This document shows, piece after piece, positions 1 to 10,809 of a DNA stretch of 64,000 nt (positions are counted from its first letter, which is position 1; every line of letters starts with the position of its first letter). The DNA is from Felis catus. Lineage: Eukaryota. A model generated the notes under the pieces. That model did no database searches, had not been told where the DNA came from, and was given only the letters and a program-made list of their open reading frames with translations. A program made the position numbers and the translations under genes. The DNA is taken from positions 20,028,001-20,092,000 of the forward strand of contig NC_058368.1 in assembly GCF_018350175.1 (NCBI RefSeq), read 5' to 3'.

Positions 1-330
1 AAGATAAAATTCAAAAGTTCCTAGTTGGACATGAAACCCTCTCAGAGGGTTAATACGTATTAGCATTTCAAACCACAAATGTTTTCCTCAACTTCAGTAA
101 AGTAAATGGATAAACTCTGGCTTCCCCTAGAGATCGGCTCAGCTCTGTCTCCCCTTTCTTTCAGGTCTGGCCTCAATTCCACCACACGTCCACACACATG
201 TCCCATTCCCATATGATTTCTATCTGAGTGCATATCACTTCCTTTGTGAGATCAGCTGCTCTATCCCCAGTGCTCACAGAGCTCTTTGTGTATTCTAACG
301 ATGCTTATTTTAAGAGCTACCAGCACTAAA

Positions 331-859
331 TGGTATCTTCCCGATTCTAAAATGTACATTTCTTTCTACTTTAACATCTCTAAAATTGGAAGCCAACTTG
401 CAATAATGGCATCTTACAATGCTGTCACCAGAAGGCAGTTGTGATGTAGCTGTACATGTGCAAAATTCATGGTTATTCCTGGTGGCAGGCCTAGGCAATT
501 GCAAACCCTAGACATTTCAGTCAACCAACCATTTAGAGAGAGGATATAAATCCTGATTGTGGTCTGAAAACTTTTTCACTGACATCTTCTAGTTGGACCA
601 AGAAAGCATGAGCATCAAAACTTGTAGAATAAAAGCCTATGGTTTGGAAGAAAATACTGAAGACAATAGTGGAGTATTCTTTTATAACATGTTCCATCGT
701 TAAAGCTCCTGGTTGGTAGAATTCAATATATTGTGGAAAAATTCTAATCGATAAAAAAACCATTGTGTCATAGTTTAATTAGCACCTTTTTTCTTTCAGT
801 GTTCCAAAAATAATGGCATTTCTTAGAACCCGTGGTGTCTCAGAATTGGTGAAATATGG
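331..859 (+). mobile_element. Decayed Tc2/pogo-type DNA transposon (Kanga/MER104-like), internally deleted, retaining a DDE transposase C-terminal fragment
   Basis: MER104-like ends (ggtatcttcccgattctaaaatgtacatt ... cagaattggtgaaatatgg followed by TA); 469-740 reads, with frameshifts and stops, MVIPGGRPRQLQTLDISVNQPF..LWSEN..WKKILKTIVEYSFITCSI..ILWKN, resembling pogo/POGK DDE_1 C-termini. Confidence 0.75.
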
Positions 860-2324
860 TATGTAACCTTGCATTTTCAAACCAATCCTCTTAAGACAGG
901 TCTTATTATCATGCTTGGTATTTGCTGACTTATCATAATAGTGCAGTCTCATTATGCTGGTCTGTCTTCTTTCCATTAGATTACAAACTCTATGACCTAC
1001 CATAGTGCCTGTCACATAGTAGGGATGCAATTAACATTAATTGAAAGAATTACAGCAATGGTCATGCTCTTTAGCTGGAGAAACTGCTCCACTGTGATTC
1101 TAATTCTCAATTTGGTTGTGTCTATTTCCAGGACTGATCTCGAATCCTCTGAGCCATCAACTGTTACTGTGAAATACTGCTTGTTGGAAAGGTTTAATTT
1201 CCTCTTCAGAAGTAGTCCCTTAGTAGCATTTTTTCCCTTGAGGATTGATTAGGATGACCAAAATTAAATCTCTTTATATATGTAATATCCAAATACATTC
1301 TGCTGTCTAGTTTCACATCTCAATTTTATGCTTATTACTTCTTGGTTTTGCGTGTGTGTGTGTGTTCTTTTCTTTTTTTTTTTTTTTTAATGTTCTCAAC
1401 CTGTCAACATCATTGACTACTGTGATCTCAAAGAGTAAAGCAGAGAGCTGAGAAAATGGTAAGACAGCCAAAACAAACTTTGTTAGGTTACATATGAGGA
1501 ACATTGGGTTCATCTGATTACTCTGTTCAGATGGCACATCCAGATACCGTAAGCCAAGTCCTTGGCACATAATTATTTTTAAACTGTGTTATCCTGCTTA
1601 ATTGGTTTAAAATAATTTAGCAGGGTGCTGGTTGGCGCCTACAAATGAATCTAATTCATCAGTTCTTAATTGTTAAAATAGCCCTATTTCGACAATTTAG
1701 GCTATTGTTGAAGCCAGAGTCGCCACTCCTTCAGAGGCTTTCATATAATTTATTCATTCCCTTTTAAATTGGAGCCCTAGCATTAGGCAGCATTCCTTTA
1801 AAAAACAACAACAAAGAGCAAATTTTCTCCCACATACCTCTTCTGACCAATGTCCTCCCAGAGAAACTTTCCCTAATCCCCGAGACTGCAACAGCACAGG
1901 ATTTAGCGCACATACTCCCAACTCATTCTCCCTCTAGCATTGCAAGAGCTCACCGTTTTTTTCACTTGAGTCTGATGAAATAGTTGGCTTACATTTAGGG
2001 GCCATGTTTTAGATAAATAAGCCTGCATAAAACCAGAATTGTTCTAGAATCACAGAGATTGGAAAGCTCTGGTACTATTTAGTTTTCTCTTTTTATTTTT
2101 TGTCAAACATGGTTGAATTCCTGCAATTTAAATAAGCATATGATACGAATCCACGGTTATCTATACTAGTGTCACATTTATAGTTTTTTCCCCCTTTACT
2201 TTGCAGATTTAAGAACTTCTTTTAAGAAATGTAATAATAACCCTAAGGGTATGTGAATTTTTAAAGTTATTTAGTGTGTACTACTAGATGTAGACATATA
2301 CATTATTTTTATACTTTAAGCATA

Positions 2325-2495
2325 TAGTTCTTAATCAGTATTTATAAGATTCACCTAAAGAGCTTTATAAAAAATGAGATGACCAGGGCCCATCCCAATT
2401 CTACTGAATCACTTGCCTCAGGGTATGGGAATTTGGTGCATTTTTAACTCTGTGGGCAATGCTGATGTGCATTTCCTGGCCCCAAACCACTGCTT
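2325..2495. mobile_element. MER5-like hAT-Charlie MITE fragment
   Basis: Motifs tcacct..gagctt..aaaat..gggcccatccc..ctactgaatca ... ctgatgtgca ... aaccactg; boundaries approximate. Confidence 0.55.
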
Positions 2496-5271
2496 TAAGC
2501 CATCATCAACCCAAAGCTTAATTGTCAACCAGAGTCACTAAGAATAAACTTGGCCTATTTCACAATTCTGTCTAGGGACCACTCGTCAATGCTTCCTGGT
2601 TTCTGATTGCCTCTTGATTTGCTGCCTATATGTGTCCTGATTTCTTTCTTGTTCTGCCTCTGGCCTTGCCTTCCAGCACTTCTGGGCTTCTGAACTGGAA
2701 ACCTGGTCTTTGATCTCAGAAGCCATCATAAGCACAGGTTCTGGTTCTATGCTCTAGGTTGGCTCTTTGGACTTGGCTCTCCTGATCTTTGCATCTAACA
2801 CTGTCTCTACCATACATCTCCATTTATGACAATCTGCCAACTCCACTGAGTCAGGGAAGAAAGAGCCATGATGTCTCCATAGGAAATGATTTCAAATAAC
2901 TATAACAGAGAAAGTCATTATTAATGCATGCTCATGTACTTCAGTAGTTGAGTTTGATTTCCTTCAAACACTGCTTTGTACTTAGTACCCCAACTAAGAA
3001 CTGTAATTTATATGGAAAAAAAAAATCCTTAGTCTGGAATAAAGGCCCTCTACTGTCTAGATCTGACCTACCTTTCTGGATCTTAATACTATTCTTCACA
3101 TACCTAGTGCTCCAGCTCAGCTGAACTACACTGTTCCCCAGGAAGCCCCTGGCACTGCTGTTAGCTTCCTTTCTTCGCTACATTTTCAATGTCGAAAAGG
3201 ACTTTTTCATCAGCAGCTGCCTCTTGCTTTACCCACATATTCAAATCCTACCAATTCTTTGAAGCAGTGTTTCTCAAACCTGAGTAATGCAAAGGAAATT
3301 CCTGTCATTCTAGAGAATACATATTAGGATAGGCAGGAGTCCACGGACCAGCTTGAAAAGCACTGGTACAGTAAACAGAAGGCCAATTCTATGAAAATCT
3401 TTCATTTGCAAATTATCACTCTGAAAGAAAAATGTTGTCTTTACAACTGGTGTAACAATTTGTATATTGTCATTAAAATGAAAACACACATTTTAAAGTC
3501 TCAAAGAACTCTTGATTTTTTATCTCCAGATCTAGGATCTCAGAGTAATGTGGCTTTAAGGAACATCTTAAATATACTGGCCCTGGAAAATGTTCATCAC
3601 CCAAGGGTAATACATTTTTCTCTTTTCTGAATTATTTAGCATCTAATCACTCTCTGCCTTGTAGTAGCTAATAATATGTATGTAGTATTTTTCTAAAAAA
3701 AAACCATAAGCTCTTTGAAGGCAGGGTCCACATTTTAATCATTTTAAAACTCCACTGGTCCTCAGCAAATATTGGATGTAAGACCTGTATTCCATCTTAT
3801 TTTGTAGTCCAAATCTCTTAAAAATCTCGCTCTTCTGTCGTACATACTCACAGAACAGCATATGACTGAAACAGCCCTACTATAAATTCATAAGTTCAGA
3901 GGTTGTCCTAAGTATTAGGAAAAAGTCCAAGTTATGAAACTCAAGATTTTAAAAAAGTGCTACAAAACCGGTCTCTTTTGTGTTGAGACTGATAGGAACA
4001 ATTTCATTAAATGATCAGCAGGCAAGTAAGAATTTCAGGATAAAAAATAAAATCGAAATGCAAGGCTAGCAGGAGAGGCCCTAAAGACATCTACATAGTC
4101 TTTATAAGGGTTGTGTGTCTCTTACACACAGGCACGGTCTTCAGTTTTTCAACTAGTATATTTGAGTGAACGGTGTTCCTCGGACATTTAGGAAAGGATT
4201 CATTACTTCGGGCAGGGTGAATAGGGGTTTCGTTTAACCAAGAACGACTTCCCGCATACATTATTCGGAACCAGTCTTAGACACAGCATGCAGTGAAAGG
4301 GAAGAGCACTGGCAGGATTATGAGGAACCCACTCTGTCACCTAGGCAAGCTGAAATCAGTTTTTCCATTTAAAAACGAGTTCTTGGTCTACGGTTTTCTA
4401 AGGTCCCTTTTAACTCTGAAATTGACGTTCTTTGGTCCTAAGAAAACTCGGCTTGACAGAGGTTATTTGGTAGAATCGTTTTTCCCCCCCGAGAATAAAA
4501 AGCGCAACAAACTTTATCGATATTTGAGTCTTTCCCCATGTCCTTTAAAGGGCTGAGTTAGGAAAACAGAAGGTTAGTCCTCTTTTTGTTGGGTCCTCCA
4601 CCGAGAGCTCCTGGTGTGCTCCGGGTCCAGCCCTCACCCTAGGTCGCTCCCCAAGGCCGAGCGAGACTGCGGGCGACGCTGGCCTCTCATCCCCACTCCC
4701 CGCCGGGAGCGGTGGGACTGGCGGAGATTAGTCCCAGGTCATAAACAACCTCTCACTTCCCCTCCCCCGCCCCGGGCCCGCCCGCACAGGGGCCGGCCCT
4801 CCCAGGCCCAAGGAACCTCCTCCGGCGACCGCAGGCCCCGGAGCTCTCCTCGCAGGGAAGACCGCGCGGGCCGGCCCCCTTCTAAGCGGGTATTTGATTA
4901 CTTTACTCATCCCCTCCTCACTCGCCCCCGGGGAAGGGGTTTGATACAGCGACCCCGCAAGGGGAGGTGAGGCCAGCCTCCATTTCCCTTCCTCCGACCC
5001 CTATCACCTCCAACAGCCAAGGAGAGGCCAGCGGCACTGACGCGCAGACTCACATCCGCGGCCGCCCCGCGCGCGCCGCCGCGGCCCCCTCCCCCACGCC
5101 ACGGTCTTTCCGCGGTCGGTCCCCGCCCCTTCCCGGAGCCCGCCTCCGCGTCTGCTGGCCCGCCTGCTCGTCCCTTGCGCTCGCTCTCGCGCGCACCCGA
5201 TGCCCCGCCTCCGCGCGTGCTCAATAACTGTTCCCGGAGCCGGCCTACAAGCTTCCCCCGCCCCTGAGCTG

Positions 5272-5361
5272 TTTGAATATGCTAATGAGAAGCTTGGGAT
5301 TAGCCAATAGGATAACGGGGCGGTGCGTCACGTGGCTCGAGGACGTGTCAAGGGGCGGAGC
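5272..5361. promoter_or_regulatory. INTS6: Core/proximal promoter motif cluster
   Basis: Octamer-like ATGCTAAT 5279-5286, CCAAT box (agccaatag) 5302-5310, GC boxes 5317-5325 and 5352-5360, overlapping CRE-half/E-box tgcgtcacgtgg 5324-5335; no obvious TATA box. Confidence 0.65.
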
Positions 5362-5932
5362 CTCTGCAGACCCTGCCCGAGTTAAAACCGGAGTGTGAGA
5401 GAGAAAAGCGCTTCAGTAGCGAGAGGGGCTAAGAAAGTGGTGACACCGCCGGGGTGCGGAGGGAGTCCCTGAAACTTCTCCCAACAGCCCCAGGGCCAAT
5501 CTCCCCTCAGCCCACTCCCCTCTTCGCCAGCTCCCAGGTCCCCACTCCCTGCACCGGGGGTGGGGTGGGGAGCCAGGCCCGTCTCCCGCTGGGACACACA
5601 CAGGGGCCGGGAGCGGGGACGGGACCCCCGAGGCGGGGGGGACGGACGGACCGACCGACAGACAGACGGCCGGGCGCCCGCCCCAGCGGGCAGGCAGGCA
5701 GGAGGAGGCGGAGGCGGGGGTACGACGGGGAGGACTGGGTCTGGGGAGTTTCCTCTCAACTATCGGGGGAGAAACTCCCCGCAGCCGGAGGAAAGACCCA
5801 GACGGTGTTTTCCTCCCGGGGGCCGCGCTCCCCCGCCCCGCGTAGCGGCGGTCGCCGCCGCCGCCACCGGCGCCTCCACCTCTACCATCTCCTCTTTCTC
5901 CACCTCGGGCCCCGGTGTCCCCGGCCAGCACT

Positions 5933-6043
5933 ATGCCCATCTTACTGTTCCTGATAGACACGTCTGCCTCTATGAACCAGCGCAGCCATCTGGGCACCAC
6001 CTACCTGGACACGGCCAAAGGCGCGGTAGAGACCTTCATGAAG
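5933..6043 (+). CDS. INTS6: INTS6 coding exon 1 (aa 1-37)
   Basis: MPILLFLIDTSASMNQRSHLGTTYLDTAKGAVETFMK, with vWA MIDAS DxSxS; donor AAG|GTACCG; 111 nt, phase 0; RSHLGTTYLDT/ETFMK match INTS6 rather than paralog INTS6L as I recall them. Confidence 0.97.
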
Positions 6044-6434
6044 GTACCGACTGACCGAGCCCGGGCGGCGACCCGGGCCCGGCGACCCACGGGCGGCAGG
6101 GGTGGGGGGGGAGGGTGGCCGGGGGCGGCGAGGCGGAGGTGTCGGGGACCTGACTGCGGGAGCTGCCGGGCTCGGGGACCCCCTCCCCCACCGCGCGGGC
6201 GGGCGGGCGGGCGGGCGCTGCGAGCCGGGCTCGGCCCAGGCCCGGGCTCCAGGCGGTGTGTGGGGGCCGATCTGTGTGTGGGGGGCGGTGTGGAGGGGTG
6301 GCCGCTGCGTGTGCGGTACTGTGGGGGGGGGGGCGGCGGGGCCGCTCGGCGCCCCTTCGCATCGTAACCTCGCTTCTGTGCTTCCCTCTCGCCCGCCCTG
6401 TTCCTTCTCCTGTCCCCCACCCGCTCTCCCGCAG

Positions 6435-6512
6435 CTCCGTGCCCGGGACCCTGCCAGCAGAGGAGACAGGTATATGCTGGTCACTTTCGAAGAGCCGCCC
6501 TATGCTATCAAG
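6435..6512 (+). CDS. INTS6: INTS6 coding exon 2 (aa 38-63)
   Basis: Pyrimidine tract + cgcag acceptor; LRARDPASRGDRYMLVTFEEPPYAIK; donor AAG|GTAACA; 78 nt. Confidence 0.97.
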
Positions 6513-6730
6513 GTAACAGCCCTCGCCCTCCCCCTTCCCTTCCCTGTTCCTTCCTCGCTCGCCCTCCCCGCCCCCCCATTCACCCTTCATTATGCTCCCC
6601 TCCCCCACCCGCTGTGCTCCAGGCGCTGAGGTCTTTTCCCCTGCGGGCTCCCACCCCCTCCCCCGCTCCGGAGCGTCCTGGCGCGGCGCGGAGTCGCTGG
6701 GCCACCGCCGTCCCCTCCCCAGCCCGGCCC

Positions 6731-6760
6731 GGCGGTGGCGGCGGCGGCGGCGGCGGCGGC
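6731..6760 (+). repeat. GGC GGT (GGC)8 trinucleotide repeat in intron 2
   Basis: Read directly from sequence. Confidence 0.95.
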
Positions 6761-7339
6761 GCTGCGATCAACATGGCCGACATTTCCCCTCCGCGGCGTG
6801 AGCGGCAGCAATGAACTGTGGGGGATATTTATTCAAGTTAGCCCCAGTGACAGCCGGGCCCGGCCGCGCCGAGCCCGGGTTTGCATTAAAGGGGACTCGG
6901 CCCGGGGCTCGGCCGCGCTCGCGCTGGTTGGCGAGCGAGCCGGGTGGGGGGCTGCGGAGCTTGGTGTTCGGATTCTTCCTCACAGGGCCGCGGGCCAGTG
7001 GGACAGCTGCAGGTTAACTTCAGAAGTCCTGCCCACTTCTGCTTTCCACCAGTACCTTTTGCATGCCCAAATCTTGGGTAGTAGGTTCGGGAGTAAATTT
7101 CCCAGGGAAGTTATAAAGTATTAAGGCTGTTAGCCACCAAAAGCTGTAGAGCAAGCAGGTTTATCCTTGGCCACCTTTGAAGAGAGTTTCCTTGGCGGTG
7201 ATACGGTATTAACACGTTAATGTAACCATACTGTAAAGTGAAGCAAAGCAGCTCCTTGGCGAACGGCATGTTGTAACGGCCGCCCATGTGTACATGGCTT
7301 TAAAGGATGAAAAAAAAAATTCTTACATTTTCTTTACAG

Positions 7340-7489
7340 GCCGGATGGAAAGAAAACCATGCAACGTTTATGAATGAACTGAAAAACCTTCAGGCTGAAG
7401 GACTTACGACTCTTGGCCAATCCCTAAGGACAGCTTTTGATTTATTAAATTTAAATAGATTAGTAACTGGCATAGACAACTATGGGCAG
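7340..7489 (+). CDS. INTS6: INTS6 coding exon 3 (aa 64-113)
   Basis: ttttctttacag acceptor; AGWKENHATFMNELKNLQAEGLTTLGQSLRTAFDLLNLNRLVTGIDNYGQ; donor CAG|GTAGGT; 150 nt. Confidence 0.97.
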
Positions 7490-10400
7490 GTAGGTTGAAT
7501 ATTAAGGTGGAAAAACAGTTGATTTTTCTTTTTGTGGAGAAACACTGTCAAGTCCAAAACCTATATAACATGAAATACAAGTATGAAGCATTTCAGATTA
7601 AAGTACGATATGCACATAATACAAAAGTGAAACTGACCATATTTTACTGGCTTTAAAGCCCTCATTTTTTTTTTTCTTAAAATGTATTTGTATTCAGAAT
7701 TAGAGTCTGAATTTTTGTGCTGTAGCATTGACATGAATTTGGTTTTAATCCCTTGAAGTTCACTCAGGTTATAAAAGGGGAAAACTTTCTGCCTCACCAC
7801 GCTCAGTTTCTGTGATAATCTACCCACAGACAATTGTGCAACTCCTGCAGTGACTTCTGGACACTAGTTGACTAGTGGTTTTCATTTTTTTATTAGTAAA
7901 AACATCAGAGGAATTTTTGTTTTTGTCGGGGTTTAATTTAACCATATTTTATAGTTATTCTGAAAGGTAAGATTTTCATTGGCGTGCAGTAACTGAGTAC
8001 ATTAACATTTTTCAGCTGTTGAAGTATCCACAGTAAGCATCTATGCAGGAAGAATTCTGAATTCACTTCTGAATTAAATAATGGGTCCAGAGGCTGTTAT
8101 TATTTTTGAACTCCATACTTTTGGAAAAGAGGCTTTTTGAATTTTCTTTATCCCCGCCCCCCCCCCCCCCCCCCCCCCCCATGATGGTTCACTATGAAAT
8201 AAGGCAAAGTAGTCCGTTGTAATTTTTGAGATTGCTGGCCAGGAAAATTAAAGATACTGGTGAATGTGTAATGTTACACATAACAAAGGAATATTAGTTC
8301 CAAGTTCAATTTTTAAGTTGTAGTGCAGAAACATTATTGCCACAAATGATACATTTAGGAATACATTTTGTTCTTTTCTCAAGGTCCATGAGCCACAATT
8401 TTCATGAGTTTGACAAATTTGAGGAAAATTTCCAGTGATTATAACTTTTGGTTGCTTTATATAGGAAGAAACAGAATTATTCCCTTGTTTTAGAAATGTT
8501 TATGCTTTGCTTAGTGGTACCTATTGGGCACCTAAACATTTTTGGAAAGGGCTGAATATAATCCTATAGCATTTGAGTATACATGATTCAGAGTCATTTT
8601 GTTCTAGTTCTACTGAATTGCACCTCCATTGTTTAATTCAGTAAATGCTTATTTTCTTACCACATAAATCTTTAAGTTTTTCTACCCTGTTTTATTTTGC
8701 AATATTTGTAATTTAGGTAGGTTTGGCATGAACTTTTTCTGCCAAGAATCTGTAAAATAGATTTCTTACCCTTTTCTGTTTCTTTGTTATATGTAGTGAT
8801 ATACAGGCCTATTGGTGAAGGTTTTGATCCAAGCTTCTTTGAGTTCAAAGACAAATTTGAAACTTGCCATTATTTGGTTACTCTTAATTTGGTTGTCCGG
8901 GTGTCGATGTATGGAAGAACTATTTCCTATTTCTCTGCATCATATTTCATAAGGCATTTACACACATTTACCTCCTGCCACCTATTAAAAATATTTCTTA
9001 GGGTGCTTCTTTAGAGAAGCTGATTGTCGTGGAGAGGCTGAGGACGTTTGCAATTTAAACTTGTATTTTCCTTTTCCCAGTTGCCATCTTCCACCAGAGA
9101 ATGCTTAAGTTCTTATCTGTAAAGCGTATGATGTTTGAGGTTGAAGGTGGTCCTGCTGGGCTGTTACCACTTTGACCAAGAGAAGAGCCTGGAGATTAGG
9201 ATGTTTTTGCATGTTCGGATTTATTAATTCAAGAAGGGGGAGGGATAATGCTTCTCAGTTATTTTGATGAGTAAGCAAGGATGCATGGAGTAGTACTAGT
9301 GCTTATGTCCTGAATTGGCACATAAAAATGACACTAGCATTAAAATAATTGAGGAAGCCATAATTTTCAAATGAAAATGAGTAAAGCACTTAATTAGAAG
9401 AAAACATCTTCCCAGAGATGTTTCTCACCATAAGTCTTTATTTCGCTGATTTAAATATTACACATTTTCTGTTAAAGGATAGATTATCAAGAATTTTGGA
9501 TGTCTCAAATACTTAACACTAAATATAGTTCATGTATTTTCTTTGTTAAGAGTACTTTGTGTTTGCCTGTTTTCTGTGGAATAGTTTTATGCTGTAACCT
9601 CAGTGTTTTTACATAAATACTTCCCCTTTCATACTCTACAAGGATCTGTAGGACCCACAGTACTAAATACTTGTATATAATTTTAGTATGTGAAAGGAAA
9701 TGAGATAACGTGAGCTAGATGAAAGGGACAGAGCATATTTTTAGAGAGCATCTAAAAACATTTATGTACATTTCTGAATGACTTTCTTAAATACCTAAAT
9801 GTGGATGTATATGTATATATATTAGATACCCCCATAGCTACTCCCCCCCCCCCCCACATACATGTACATATGTGATTTTCCATAACTAATCCCAAGGGTA
9901 TTTTCAATGTCTGTATTGCTTGTGTTGTTAGTAAGTATATCTACAAATAAATCGTCTTTGAGGTGTTAGTGATTAGGATACTAACAATTTGTAGGGTGTA
10001 AGCAAGGTTAAAGTAGCTGAGAAAAAAAAACGCATCTTGGTGATTGTTTTCTTCAAGCACTTTGGATATCCCAGTAAAAACTTCCTTGCGTATAGAAGTC
10101 CGTATAAATATTTAATTTTGAAAATCTGTACCATTTGCTGATATTTCTGCAATCATGGAACAAAGTATAGCTTCTTTCTAGTCTTTTCCTTGGATATTAT
10201 AGCAACACTTAAATTGCTTATCCTTGCAGCTAAATGTGACACGTGTGTTTTTTACATGTATTCACCAGAGTTTCAAATAATGCTGATCTTTTGAGAACCA
10301 CCGAAAATCTGATGAAGAGAATCCTTGAGCAGTACCTAAAAGCAGATACAATATGTGTTTAATTTTTTAAAGGATTTTCAATGCCAAGTTTTACCTCATT

Positions 10401-10809
10401 TGAAAAATAGTAACTTTTTAGGCAAGATCAAATTGAATGAATCTTAGGGAGAAGAATTTTAACCAGTTTATTCTTCAGCATAAATATTTGTGAACTTAGC
10501 AAATTCAGGTAGAGTTCTAATACTACTTTTTTCCTTTTACCCAGGCAGTATCTATTTAGTACTAAGGTAGTACAAAATACAGGCTTTTCTTGTAATGTAG
10601 GTAAAGTAATGAAAACTTGATTCCCATTTGGGTTTTTTGTTTCCCTTAGGCTGTCAAGAAATATATTACCAGTAGTTTTATATTTATTGACCTGTCAACA
10701 TTTTTTTCAAAAGAAAGTAGATTTTTGTACTGGAACGTGCTTCTGTGCTGAGTATGAACTGGAAAGAGTGGTGAATGGTATTTTGTAAAATTTTTAAGTC
10801 CGTGAACTT

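Larger units (their letters stand above)
4600..7050. promoter_or_regulatory. INTS6: CpG island covering the INTS6 promoter, exons 1-2 and introns 1-2
   Basis: Abrupt switch to very high GC and CpG density relative to AT-rich, CpG-poor flanks; spans the start codon. Confidence 0.95.

Noticed and set aside
990..1260. Open frames upstream of the promoter as a possible pseudogene
   Set aside because: No recognisable homology; partly L2/MIR-like (actatgtgacaggcactatg on the minus strand)
5915..5932. GTG-initiated N-terminal extension (track ORF starts at 5915)
   Set aside because: The known INTS6 N-terminus starts MPILL at ATG 5933; an in-frame TAG at 5843 limits any extension
4614..7124. Many overlapping 60-195 aa ORFs on both strands
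   Set aside because: Low-complexity G/P/R/A peptides expected from stop-codon depletion in a CpG island; only the INTS6 exon segments are recognisable
8049..8180. GAA/TTC cluster resembling a heat-shock element, and a long poly(C) run
   Set aside because: nGAAn spacing is irregular; homopolymer length is unreliable and not informative alone
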